From assembly GCA_965112155.1 (NCBI GenBank), contig OZ218098.1: a DNA stretch of 64,000 nucleotides; one strand, 5' to 3'. The notes under the pieces were generated by a model, which saw only the letters and a program-made list of their open reading frames with translations, did not search any database and was not told the origin of the DNA. This DNA is from Podarcis liolepis. Its lineage: Eukaryota. This document shows, in pieces, positions 55,516-63,367 of the stretch; the first letter of the stretch is position 1; every line of letters starts with the position of its first letter. A program made the position numbers and the translations under genes.

Positions 55516-56691
55516 TCTTCATTCGTTCATTCGTTCATTTCATTTCTTATACCCCGCCCATCTGGCTAGGTTTCCTCAGCCGCTCTGGGCAGCTTCCAAC
55601 AGTAGATTAAAAATACATTATGTGATCCCTGGAAGGTTGCTCCTCAGGGAATGTGGCCCTTTCACTGCAAAAGTTTCCATCCCTTCACAAATTGGAGGCC
55701 TGACCCACCACTCAAATGCAGCACATGTGTTGACTTGATTTTGCCACCTAGTTTGGACTGCAGAAATAGGGAAGTTGTTAAGCACCTGATAAGCAAAATA
55801 CACAAGCTGTATAGGTCTGTATTAGACAATATTTGACTAGCACAGTGCATGTAAAATTCATTTCAATTATTTTTATGTTTTGTGGAGGGCTGGGCGAAAT
55901 ATTGCAAAAACATAGTTTTATGGCAAAGCGTAAATCTTACTGTTTGCTAAAATAAGTATGTATATTCTCCAGATAGCTGTCAACTCAAGATATGCATGGC
56001 CCACTGTTACAAAATATGGATTTAAGATTGAGGACAATGGCTTCATGTATATTATTGAAACTCCGACAAATACTAAAATTCAGTGGTTTCATACCACTGG
56101 GGTGATGGTAATAGAACTTAATGCAACCAGTGATCCAAAAGCAATGGGACTGTGTGGTAAGCAACTTTAGTAAGATTGTGATGTTACATCTGGTAAATGT
56201 GGGAAGTGCTCCACACTTGGTTTTTCTCAACTTTTGTTAGAGCATGTATAGTAAGGTTAAATATATTCAGAAGACAGAAAATGAAAATATGATTATTTTG
56301 GAAGCTGCTACTCTGTTGATTGCTGAAATGATTAAAATGATTCAGGAAGAGAGAGAAAATGCCAGGATTGCCAATCAATAAACTGCAGGCTGGTTTTAAT
56401 CCCTTGAGGATCAGATTTCAGGTAGTCGTGGATAAGGCAAGTTTGCTTCCTAATTTAGAGCATTTCAAACCGAGGCATGAATGCTGAAGCAACATGGAAA
56501 TAAATAGGACTGCAATAAAGAGAAAATGTATCTTACTGAGCTTTCCATAAAGCAAAGAAAAAAAATAATGCTTAGAGATTTGTTGCCTACTCTATGCTAA
56601 CATAGAAGTTACTAAGTAGAATGTAATACAAGGGTCCAATTTTTAATAATTGGTGGAATTTCAAATAAATGTCATGGTTCCCCCCAAAACA

Positions 56692-56741
<50 letters not shown>

Positions 56742-59700
56742 GGGAAAGGGAATAATGGAGATCATAATTCTTCTTTGCTACTGAGAATAGAATAAAGGTG
56801 TGAACATAGTCAATAATTAATTAATTACTTATTAATTGCATTTTTATACCAGCCTTCCTCAATGTTGAGCTCATAGCAATGTACAGAAAGCCTAAAACAG
56901 CAGTGACATAAATCAAGTCTGCTGGATTAGACCAATAGCCCAGCTAGTTCAGCATCCTGCACTAACAATGGCCAACCAGATGCCTGTGGGAAGCCCCGAA
57001 ATAAATACACATCCACCCTATAAAACATGCATTAGTTACTTAAAAAACAATGCTGCAAAATCCTTTTGAATAGAGATGCATATAATCAAACCTGGAGTTT
57101 TGTAGAAGCCAAGCTGGTGGGACTAAGGTACAGCCATCTGACCTACCTTGCAACCACTCATGGAGCAGAATGTCTGGAGGGTCACCCCTTCCATTGTAGA
57201 ACTCAAAACACTGTACATATCCTCAGGGTGCATTATATTTATTCATACCTTTTATTGGAACACCGGTTATTCACTTAGAATCAGTCCAAGTTACAGAAAT
57301 AGTTCAGATATATGGGTACCAAAAAGCTCACAGCTCATAAAGGTTATGCTGGAATTGCTCTTAAGCCTGTTTGGTATGTGCACATGGCTTCATTCTTTCT
57401 GGAAGTTCTAACCTTGGATGATATGTTTGGTATAGGCTCTTGGAAGCATGATATCTATTGATATAAATCTTAGCTTTGACACTTGAATTATGGTTGCTGG
57501 AAGGCTTGGATGCAAAGCCCATCATTACAGTGGCTAGCTTGCCAAGTTTCATAAAGGGCAAATATGTGTAGCAACAGTATGAAATATCAGTGATACTTAG
57601 TCAGATTTCAATGCTTGCAAACAGTAATGTTCCTACAGAGAAGAGGTGCTTGAAATAAATGTTAGTGCCATTTGTTCTTATTCTGAGTTGTTTGTTTGAC
57701 TAGTTTCTAATTTATTTTTTCTTAATGTCAGTTTTAAATTTTGAAGTATAAATTGAGAAAAGGCAATGCTTTAATGGGCTTCGCATATGCCAAAGTCCTA
57801 ACCATGGTTTCTTACTTAAAGCTGCCTTGCTTTAGAAAATTCAGATAAGTAAATACTTACTTGGTAATACATTCTATTTGGTAATACATTCCATTGAAGT
57901 TGATTTGACTGACTTGAAAATAAGCTTGATTAGGAATGAAATGCTAGACAGAACTTGATTGAACAAGACATTTTATGATAGATTCCAGAATCTAGAAGGC
58001 TACAATAGGATGCTTATTAAAATGCTATCTACTTCACTGTGCTTCATCTCTTTTCTGTATTCACCTTCATTTCTGAAAAGCAGTCTCCCCCTACCCCAGA
58101 AGTTTACTCCTATTTCATAAAAGAGGAAACATTTTAAATAAAGGAAAGTTGGCCTAAAGCAGCTATGTAAAAACAGCTGCTGCTAGACTGCACATGTGAT
58201 AGAGAAGGGTGGTAGTGACAGAATATGTGTTTGGCATGCAAAAGGTCCCTGGTTCAGTGCCTGCCATTCTCAAGCAGAGCTTAGGAAAAAATACTGTCTG
58301 AAATCCTGGAGAGGCACTGCCAGTCAATCTAGACTCTAACCAGTACTGAACCCAGTACCCTCAAGGGCTACTCAATGGGCCGTAGTACCGGTACCCCTCT
58401 CTATTTTGGTTAAAAAAGTGTGACACTTACTGTAACAACTTCATGGTGAGTACTGGCACCTACTTTACTAGGAGAAAAACTCAGAGTGGACCCAATATAA
58501 TCTTGCTTCCTACATCCTTAAATAGTATTAGGGGTTGACACAGAATGTACTTTTCAAATTGACAATTATTATCCCCCAATCATGAGATATTTTATAAAGA
58601 ATTATCAGACTAATTAACCAATTTTACATTGCGTAGATACATTACTGTATTCTTATTAATTTTTAATATATTTATTACATTTGTGTATCACCCATATAAC
58701 TAAGTTCTGTGGACGGTATACAATGGCATTAAAGTGTGCGATTCAAAGCAGACACAATGAACCACCAGAGCTAATTATAAAAAAAATCACAATAGCAAAA
58801 AAAATTATGTAAAACCAGCTTAGGCAAAATACCTAAATCAAGTTAAAAACAGTATAAAACCAGCAAGAGGGAAGCTTGGTGCAAAGTTTTAATGCACCAT
58901 ATATGTCTTTTGAGAGATCTTGCAGGATTGGTACTTTATAGGACACTATGGTTCCTGCTGTTAGGGCTGGTCTGCACATATTGTTTATCATAGAGAGGCT
59001 GCTTAAAATGCCTCCGTGTCTAGGTTTTCCTGTGCCAATTCTAAAATATAGAGAATCGGTCGCCATTTTATATTTTGGCATTAGGTGGCATTAGGTGGGC
59101 CTCAAACTATGCTATATGGAGATTTTGGTCAGCAGCTGTAGCTAATACAGTGGAGATTCTTCACATAAATTGCAAATACAGTGGTGCCTCGCAAGACGGA
59201 ATTAATTCATTCCACGAGTTTTTTCGGCTAGCGAATTTTTCGTCTTGCGAAGCACGGTGTCGGAAAAGTTTTGGAAAAGCTTCAAAAATCACCAAAAACC
59301 TCAAAAAAGGCTACCACACCGCATTCTATGAGTTGCTCCTCGAAGTCAAGTCGCAACTGTATTAACGGTGTTAAGAAAAAGGAAACAAACTTGCAAAAAA
59401 TGCAAGACGTTTTCGTCTTGCAAAGCAAGCCCACAGGGAAATTCATCTTGCGAAGCAGCTCAAAAACTGCAAAACCCTTTCGTCTAGCGAATTTTTCGTC
59501 TTGCGAGGCATTCGTCTTGCGGGGCACCACTGTACAAGCTCAGCGTAATATAACAGCCATGGGGTTAAAGTCATTACACAGAGGCTGTTTCAAGCAGCCA
59601 CTCTGTGATTAGCATAATACTGATGCCAGTCCTAAAATATCATAGTATGTACATGGAGATATGCTAATCTGTATATTGTACTCTTGTGCAGGCTTCTGTG

Positions 59701-62574
59701 ATGGAATCTCAGCAAATGATCTAATGCTACCCAACAGGACCGTCGTAAGCACTGTAGGTGCTTCAGTTGTTTTCACAGATAGCTGGCAGGTGCCAAACAC
59801 ATTGAAGTATATTGGAGAACAGAGAATCCATGAAACTAACTGTTCAGTCGCAGACTGTTCCCTTTGTTTAAACACGTTATTGAACCAAACCTTCAGCAGC
59901 TGCCATCCTTACGTATGTTATCTTTTGATCCTCTGTTTGAACTAAATTTATTGTTGATCATCTGTTTTTGTTAATATTTAAGGAGTCAAAAGTATTTATT
60001 TTATGGGTTGTTCCCCTGACAAACAACTTTGCCTATTTCACATATCAACCGAGTGATTATTCAACAGTAATAATTCCAGGGAAATTATGATAGGCTGCAT
60101 ATAGCTTCAGAACCATTGAGTTTTTATCAGAGTACAGGTACTGTACTACATATATTAGAAACAGATAAATCAGAACATTTAATAAAGCATTGGTATGATT
60201 GCTTTTCGTATTTTTTTAATACTCCACTAATGCCAGCAGCAGACAGCATTGTAAGACTGCTCTTACCAGGAGGTAGAGGGGGAAGGGCAAGGTGGCAGGA
60301 ATACTTACATGGCTCAAAAATGCTAGGAGAACCAGTCTTCCTTGTGGCCTTGACCCTCCACCTCTACTTCACAGTAAGCAGCAGTGATGTGATTGTCCAG
60401 AGGTTGGGTGAGCAGTCCCCCATCACATCATCTGCTACTAATATTCTCTAGCAACTAGTGATTATTTTCTGGGTTTGACATTAGCACCTTTATAGGGTAC
60501 AGCGACATGTCAAAGATGTGTCAACTGTGTACTCCTCTAAGAGGACGACTTATAGCACATATAATTTGTCATCATCTTGGAGGTGCTTCTTCAACTGCCA
60601 GAGAAATTGTCCAACATTTGCCATACCTAATTGCATGTGAACTTTATCTCTTGAAGTGACCAGTTGGAGAACACAAAGCATTTTTGTTTTACTGTGTCCT
60701 GATGACATTTTGGGCCCAATAAAATTGTATTTTTATGTACCTAGAGGTTTCCTCTCCTCTTACAGCCACCATGCACATTATGTCACTATTATACTTCATA
60801 TTGCGGATGAAGGCTGAGGAAGAGAGAGAAAGAGGCACTTGTTTATGGCTGTCTACACAGTGAGCTCATCACAGATGCAAGTTTATAATTAGGGGCTTCC
60901 TAGAATTGTGGTGACTCTGTCTTTTACCCATTAAACTGCATCAGCTTCTATTTGGCATCAAACACCTAATGATGATCTTTTTCCCCCCTCTAGTTATCCA
61001 CCAGTAATCAAGTTAAGACTTTTATTTTTGTGTTAAGGTTTCTCCAGATTCCTTTTGTGATATGTGGGTCCAAGATAAAGAATACATTCAGAATCCATGT
61101 ATAGCACTGGCTGCTTATGTTGCAACATGTAACAAATTTAACATCTGTATAGAATGGAGGAATTCTCATTATTGCTGTAAGTACTTCACATCAAAGACAC
61201 TCTGTTTGCTGTTGATGGCAATAGCTATAATGATGATGATAATAGTTTTCCTCAGCCACTCTGGGTGGCTTACAGCATATCAGAAAACATAATAAAAACA
61301 TCAGGCATTAAAAACTTCCTGATACAGGGCTGCCTTCAAATGGCTTCTAATAGTTGTGTAATTCTTTATCTCCTTGACATCTGAAGGGAGGGTGTTCCAC
61401 AGGGAGGGAGCCACTACCGAGAAGACCCTCTGCCTGGTTCCCTGTAACTTTGCTTCTCGCAGTGAGGAAACCAGGAGAAGGCTCTCGGAGGAGGACCTCA
61501 GTGTCCGGGCTGAATGATGGGGGTGGAGATACTCCTTCAGGTATACTGGGCCGAGGCCATTTAGGTCTTCAAAGGTCAGTGCCAACACTTTTAATTGTGC
61601 TTGGAAACATACTGGGAGCCACTCTCAGTCACCGCATTCTGGATTAGTTGTAGTTTCCGAGTCACCTTCAAAGGTAGCCCCACATAAAGCACATTGCAGT
61701 AGTCCATGCGGGAGATAACCAGGGCATGCAACACTCCGGCAAGACAGTCTGTGAGCAGGTAGGGTCTCAGGTTGCATACCAGATGGAGCTGGTAGACAGC
61801 TGCCCTGGACCTGTGCCTCCATGGAGAGCTGTGAGTCCAAAATGACTCCCAGGCTGTGCACCTTTGATTACTGCAAGATGAAAAGGCAGTGCGGTCTATG
61901 GGACAAAGCAATGAATTTGAGCCAAAATGCTGAGGTTCAAGTCCAAGCTTATTTATATAGAAATAATGTTGGGAAATCAGTAGAAATATGTACAAAATCT
62001 CAAACCTCTACTACACATGGCAAAAAATACAGAACTGGAAAGGATACTTCTGAGTAGAAAAGCAATTTAGGGGAGGAAGTGCTTAACTTTTCAGTCATCT
62101 GCTCCTCAACCACTGGCTGTTCTAATTGCGTGCTTGCAAGATAAAAGATATGTCTGGAATAATTGGGTTGGGGTAATTGGTTGAAAGGGGAGATTCATGT
62201 GAGCAGGTGAAAATTTAAGCTTTACTGTATTTTTCCACTCTAATTTTACTTTCTAATTTGCAGTGAATCAAAGTGTTGTCACTGTTTTCCTGCACAAGTC
62301 CACATGAAACATTAGCTCATGTAAAATATTACACGAAGAAGCATCGTTGTGTTAAACACTGTGTTTATTATGTTGCTAGCCTTTCCCTGTCCAGAAGGTT
62401 TCTACTATAAGGCCTGTATATCTGCCTGTGAGACACCAAGCACTTGTCAAAATATGGAGCCAGAACTTCAGGATCCAGACTCTTGTTCAATATTGACTGA
62501 GGGGTGTGTTTGCGCAGAAGGGACCATCCTTCACCGTGTACACTCTGCGCTTTGCATCCCTGAAGAGAAGTGTG
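863..62574 (+). CDS. OTOG: Otogelin, partial gene (36 coding exons in window; 5' and 3' ends outside)
   Basis: Spliced frame of 8,003 nt with no stops; all introns GT-AG with compatible phases. Peptides such as [53 protein letters not shown] and [11 protein letters not shown] match otogelin as I recall it. VWD-C8-TIL x3 + AbfB + long PTS exon + VWD4 fits OTOG rather than OTOGL. Confidence 0.96.
1703..1836 (+). CDS. OTOG: OTOG exon 2
   Basis: cctag|GA...TTACAG|gtaggc; [20 protein letters not shown]...[12 protein letters not shown]. Confidence 0.93.
3116..3251. mobile_element. ~136-bp palindromic hAT-type MITE
   Basis: caggcac...gtgcctg ends; same family as 53291-53425 and 54002-54137. Confidence 0.8.
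3525..3631 (+). CDS. OTOG: OTOG exon 3, C8 domain
   Basis: ttcag|AGG...TGCAT|gtaagt; [35 protein letters not shown]. Confidence 0.93.
4266..4375 (+). CDS. OTOG: OTOG exon 4, C8 domain
   Basis: ttaag|GTCA...TGTG|gtatgc; [36 protein letters not shown]. Confidence 0.93.
4471..5004 (+). mobile_element. 534-bp GC-rich insert resembling a retroelement terminus (DIRS/Ngaro- or LTR-like; family uncertain)
   Basis: Sits exactly between two 162-bp direct repeats; AATAAA at 4909-4914 followed by gttgtggcc; G-runs; internal inverted repeats; family assignment from recall only. Confidence 0.55.
5005..5166 (+). repeat. Direct duplicate of 4309-4470 (3' half of exon 4 + donor + 95 nt intron)
   Basis: 162 bp with 4 mismatches, all in the intronic part. 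Confidence 0.95.
5343..5468 (+). CDS. OTOG: OTOG exon 5, TIL domain
   Basis: ttcag|TC...GATG|gtaatg; [42 protein letters not shown]. Confidence 0.94.
5770..6050 (-). mobile_element. Degraded L2 LINE fragment
   Basis: Minus-strand peptide [12 protein letters not shown]...[13 protein letters not shown]...[13 protein letters not shown], typical of L2 ORF2 C-terminus. Confidence 0.8.
6508..6616 (+). CDS. OTOG: OTOG exon 6
   Basis: tttag|GA...AACTG|gttagt; [36 protein letters not shown]. Confidence 0.94.
7407..7453 (+). CDS. OTOG: OTOG exon 7
   Basis: ttcag|TACA...CCAG|gtatgt; [16 protein letters not shown]. Confidence 0.92.
7745..7890 (+). CDS. OTOG: OTOG exon 8, start of VWD2
   Basis: tttag|CT...GGACAG|gtaaga; [49 protein letters not shown]. 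Confidence 0.95.
8263..8801 (-). mobile_element. L2 LINE 3' fragment
   Basis: [22 protein letters not shown]...[21 protein letters not shown]; (TAT)n-type tail; highly similar to 42508-43017. Confidence 0.88.
9620..9735. mobile_element. Degraded palindromic MITE (related to 54002 family)
   Basis: ggactacaattcccatca...gttgtagttc..ctggagggc...ctacccctg; boundaries approximate. Confidence 0.55.
11088..11325. mobile_element. Tc1/mariner (Tigger-like) MITE
   Basis: ta|cagtcatacctcgggttgc...gcaacctgaggttccactg|tg terminal inverted repeats; CpG-rich. Confidence 0.75.
11428..11598 (+). mobile_element. CR1-type LINE 3' end fragment
   Basis: ...aggatgctggactaggtggccattggcctgatccagcaggctcttcttatcttctta terminus, recognised from recall. 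Confidence 0.6.
11814..11946 (+). CDS. OTOG: OTOG exon 9, VWD2
   Basis: tccag|AAT...GATG|gtaagt; [44 protein letters not shown]. Confidence 0.95.
12165..12300. mobile_element. Degraded palindromic MITE
   Basis: cctccagatg...catctggaagg inverted arms; same family core. Confidence 0.55.
12842..13019 (+). CDS. OTOG: OTOG exon 10, VWD2
   Basis: attag|AT...TTTTT|gtatgt; [59 protein letters not shown]. Confidence 0.95.
13381..13460 (+). mobile_element. L2 extreme 3' end with A-rich tail
   Basis: gcccagagtggctgggg...agatggg...ataaataaa, matches the end of 42508-43017. Confidence 0.75.
13598..13722 (+). CDS. OTOG: OTOG exon 11
   Basis: ggaaag|ATCT...TCAG|gtaagt; [42 protein letters not shown]. 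Confidence 0.92.
14587..14799 (+). CDS. OTOG: OTOG exon 12, C8 domain
   Basis: aacag|CC...TGTG|gtaagt; [71 protein letters not shown]. Confidence 0.95.
15987..16152 (+). CDS. OTOG: OTOG exon 13, TIL domain
   Basis: cttag|CT...CAACA|gtaggt; [55 protein letters not shown]. Confidence 0.92.
17011..17085 (+). CDS. OTOG: OTOG exon 14
   Basis: tatag|AAAT...AAATG|gtaagc; [24 protein letters not shown]. Confidence 0.93.
17507..17661 (+). mobile_element. 5'-truncated Sauria SINE
   Basis: ccgtgtgctgctctgg...ggtccctttaccttt; imperfect TSD tttaata(a/c)tcaatt. Confidence 0.8.
17867..17910 (+). CDS. OTOG: OTOG exon 15
   Basis: ttcag|CCAC...ATTG|gtatgt; [15 protein letters not shown]. Confidence 0.9.
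18200..18368 (-). mobile_element. CR1 LINE 3' fragment
   Basis: atagaatcatagagttggaa...gtccaaccccctgc...ggcagcaaattccactg, reverse complement of a CR1 terminus. Confidence 0.75.
18861..19011 (+). CDS. OTOG: OTOG exon 16, TIL-like
   Basis: tgtag|TT...CAGGG|gtaagt; [50 protein letters not shown]. Confidence 0.94.
21615..22185 (-). mobile_element. Old CR1 LINE fragment
   Basis: accaaaggcccatct...ttgatatcctccatgaattt...gatcattttggttgcccttttctgaaccttttcc; boundaries approximate. Confidence 0.65.
23393..23500 (+). CDS. OTOG: OTOG exon 17
   Basis: tatag|CCTT...ACATG|gtgagt; [36 protein letters not shown]. Confidence 0.95.
25414..25702 (-). mobile_element. 289-bp LINE-like 3' fragment with 24-bp TSD
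   Basis: Direct repeat atgctgct(a/t)tgcagaacctagcaa at 25390-25413 and 25703-25726; minus-strand end tgctggtctatgaccgtaataaa. Confidence 0.7.
26742..26880 (+). CDS. OTOG: OTOG exon 18, start of VWD3
   Basis: accag|CATC...GTTAAG|gtaaga; [47 protein letters not shown]. Confidence 0.95.
27160..27294 (+). CDS. OTOG: OTOG exon 19, VWD3
   Basis: tgcag|AGT...GATCCG|gtaagc; [45 protein letters not shown]. Confidence 0.94.
27870..28560 (+). mobile_element. Old L2 fragment interrupted by a Sauria SINE
   Basis: ctctatgtggggttgcccttaaagctgcagctggtacagaatgcagc... resumes after 28415; boundaries approximate. Confidence 0.6.
28030..28403 (+). mobile_element. Full-length Sauria SINE
   Basis: gggatgcgggtggcgctgtgg head, B-box-like ggttcaaatcc, (cctttA)n tail; 12-bp TSD taacaagctgct at 28015-28026 and 28404-28415. 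Confidence 0.9.
28733..28879 (+). CDS. OTOG: OTOG exon 20, VWD3
   Basis: aacag|AGT...TGGCAG|gtaaga; [49 protein letters not shown]. Confidence 0.95.
29313..29432 (+). CDS. OTOG: OTOG exon 21, VWD3
   Basis: tttag|GGT...GTAGAG|gtaaat; [40 protein letters not shown]. Confidence 0.95.
29838..29868. repeat. (GT)n microsatellite
   Basis: Read directly from sequence. Confidence 0.9.
30070..30122. repeat. (CA)n(GA)n compound microsatellite
   Basis: Read directly from sequence. Confidence 0.9.
30224..30340 (+). CDS. OTOG: OTOG exon 22, C8
   Basis: ttcag|TGT...CCAGTG|gtaagt; [39 protein letters not shown]. Confidence 0.95.
30946..31059. mobile_element. Partial copy of the Tc1/mariner MITE at 11088
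   Basis: ta|cagtcataccttgggtt...gcgttttcgggtt...ggaagtactggaa. Confidence 0.7.
31344..31500 (+). CDS. OTOG: OTOG exon 23, C8
   Basis: ttcag|GTT...TGTC|gtaagt; [52 protein letters not shown]. Confidence 0.96.
32370..32396 (+). CDS. OTOG: OTOG exon 24, 27-nt microexon
   Basis: (ttcct)n ttcag|CTTATGATTGTGAATATATCAATAAAG|gtaagc; PYDCEYINK links exons 23 and 25 in phase 1. Confidence 0.88.
35197..35364 (+). CDS. OTOG: OTOG exon 25, AbfB-like region
   Basis: gacag|TT...CATG|gtaaac; [56 protein letters not shown]. Confidence 0.93.
38692..38970 (+). CDS. OTOG: OTOG exon 26, AbfB-like domain
   Basis: tccag|AT...GTTG|gtaagt; [67 protein letters not shown]...[10 protein letters not shown]. Confidence 0.95.
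40150..40900 (-). mobile_element. Highly degraded L2 reverse-transcriptase fragment
   Basis: Minus-strand [19 protein letters not shown] resembles the RT motif GVPQGSILxPxLFNIYMKPL; boundaries approximate. Confidence 0.6.
41070..41104. repeat. (GA)n microsatellite
   Basis: Read directly from sequence. Confidence 0.9.
42508..43017 (+). mobile_element. Young 5'-truncated L2 LINE (intact ORF2 C-terminus + 3' UTR)
   Basis: 140-aa [17 protein letters not shown]...[21 protein letters not shown]...[14 protein letters not shown]; (TAT)n tail. Confidence 0.9.
45219..45336 (+). CDS. OTOG: OTOG exon 27, TIL-like
   Basis: tctag|AT...CCAAA|gtaagt; [39 protein letters not shown]. Confidence 0.93.
46840..46919 (+). 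CDS. OTOG: OTOG exon 28
   Basis: tttag|AGTG...GACT|gtacgt; [27 protein letters not shown]. Confidence 0.93.
47734..50927 (+). CDS. OTOG: OTOG exon 29, 3,194-nt Pro/Thr/Ser-rich mucin-like domain
   Basis: ttcag|GCATTGAACCT...TGTGTA|gtgagt; in frame with the 1066-aa ORF 47820-51020; begins (C)IEPTAD and ends TPPTCV. Confidence 0.95.
51378..51452. repeat. (TTTTC)n microsatellite
   Basis: Read directly from sequence. Confidence 0.9.
52138..52306 (+). CDS. OTOG: OTOG exon 30
   Basis: cttag|CCA...GCAT|gtaagt; [56 protein letters not shown]. Confidence 0.95.
52790..53230 (+). mobile_element. Old L2 fragment
   Basis: tactgcaatatgctctatgtggggtt...aagctgcagttagtgcagaat...ttgcactggttgcc; boundaries approximate. 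Confidence 0.6.
53291..53425. mobile_element. 135-bp palindromic hAT-type MITE
   Basis: TIRs caggca...tgcctg; 8-bp TSD ctttaaag / cttcaaag. Confidence 0.88.
53739..53884 (+). CDS. OTOG: OTOG exon 31, start of VWD4
   Basis: atcag|GTCGA...CATATG|gtaata; [49 protein letters not shown]. Confidence 0.94.
54002..54137. mobile_element. 136-bp palindromic hAT-type MITE
   Basis: Perfect 27-bp TIR caggcataggcaaactcggccctccag; perfect 8-bp TSD cattaatg. Confidence 0.92.
54461..54550 (+). CDS. OTOG: OTOG exon 32, VWD4
   Basis: ttcag|GGC...AGAAAG|gtaaag; [30 protein letters not shown]. Confidence 0.93.
55441..55618 (-). mobile_element. L2 3' end with tail expanded into (AAT)n(AAC)n microsatellite
   Basis: ataccccgcccatctggct...gccgctctgggcagcttccaaca is the reverse complement of the 42940-43000 L2 end. 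Confidence 0.8.
55973..56156 (+). CDS. OTOG: OTOG exon 33, VWD4
   Basis: tccag|ATA...TGTG|gtaagc; [61 protein letters not shown]. Confidence 0.94.
56692..56736. repeat. (CA)n microsatellite
   Basis: Read directly from sequence. Confidence 0.9.
59179..59532. mobile_element. 354-bp Tc1/mariner (Tigger/pogo-like) MITE
   Basis: TA TSD on both sides; TIRs cagtggtgcctcgcaagacg / cgtcttgcggggcaccactg. Confidence 0.9.
59692..59912 (+). CDS. OTOG: OTOG exon 34, VWD4/C8
   Basis: tgcag|GC...CCTTAC|gtatgt; [74 protein letters not shown]. Confidence 0.94.
61038..61176 (+). CDS. OTOG: OTOG exon 35, C8
   Basis: ttaag|GTT...TGCT|gtaagt; [46 protein letters not shown]. Confidence 0.94.
61228..61862 (-). 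mobile_element. L2 LINE 3' fragment with internal deletions
   Basis: [30 protein letters not shown] and [22 protein letters not shown]...[13 protein letters not shown] on the minus strand. Confidence 0.88.
62380..62574 (+). CDS. OTOG: OTOG exon 36, TIL
   Basis: gctag|CC...TGTG|gtaagt; [65 protein letters not shown]. Confidence 0.94.
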
Positions 62575-62912
62575 GTAAGTATCAATATGCTATTGAATTT
62601 CGTATCATTTGACAAGCAATGATGAATTATTCTGGTCCTACCCAGCATATGTATGAATGGAAACAGACTTCTGTTTCTAGATCACCCTCAGGATGTGTAC
62701 AGTACCCAGGTAACTTATTTTTAATGGGCGGTACAAAAATGTGAAAAATAATAAATGAATGTCTAGCGAATACAGAAGGGTATCCCTACATCCAGGAGCT
62801 GACTTGCCATGTGCAGGGCTCCCACACTATCTACACACCAAAATACCCTTATGAAATCTCGTTAAAGAACATTGGCCACAAAAATGCCTTTTAAATAAAA
62901 ACTACATGTTAC

Positions 62913-63367
62913 CAGTGGCGTAGCGTGGGGGTGCAGGGGGGCCCAGCCGCACTGGGCGCAACATCGGGGGGGGGGGGCGCACTCGCACTCGCAGCTCTCT
63001 GCCCCTACCTGGCTCACTCACTCTCTCTCACTGCAGTGCTGGCTGTGCGAATCCGATCCGAGCCGCTGGGTCGCCGCCCACTGTGGAGGGGGTGGGTGCC
63101 AGGCGTGCAGTGCGGAGAGAGAGCGAGGGACTATCTGGGGGAGGGACAGTGCAGCGGCCGCCTAGCGCAGCGCTGAGCGCGGGAGAGAACCACACCACAC
63201 CAGACCAGGCAGCAGCAAGAAGAAGCTGGCAGCGGTGGCAGGTTAGGGGTCGCAAATTACTTGCCTTGCCCCGGGCTAGGGGTCGCAAATTACTTGCCTT
63301 GCCCCAGGTTAGGGGGCGCAAATTACTTGCCTTGCCCCGGGTGCTGACAACCCATGCTACGCCGCTG
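62913..63367. mobile_element. 455-bp GC-rich non-autonomous hAT element with internal 33-bp tandem repeat
   Basis: TIRs cagtggcgtagcgtggg / cccatgctacgccgctg; perfect 8-bp TSD catgttac at 62905-62912 and 63368-63375. Confidence 0.9.

Noticed and set aside
55310-55738. Poly-Thr / poly-Asn ORFs
   Set aside because: Translations of the (AAT)n(AAC)n microsatellite.
13195-59098. Scattered 10-20 bp tandem micro-duplications (about 13195, 20685, 24540, 57860, 59076)
   Set aside because: Ordinary replication-slippage products in AT-rich introns.
863-62574. Identification as OTOGL, VWF, a gel-forming mucin or TECTA
   Set aside because: Peptide sequence, the AbfB domain and a single long non-tandem PTS exon before VWD4 fit OTOG; OTOGL lacks the long PTS region.
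63241-63339. 33-bp repeats as a CRISPR-like array
   Set aside because: Head-to-tail with no spacers, inside a TIR/TSD-bounded element in a vertebrate intron.
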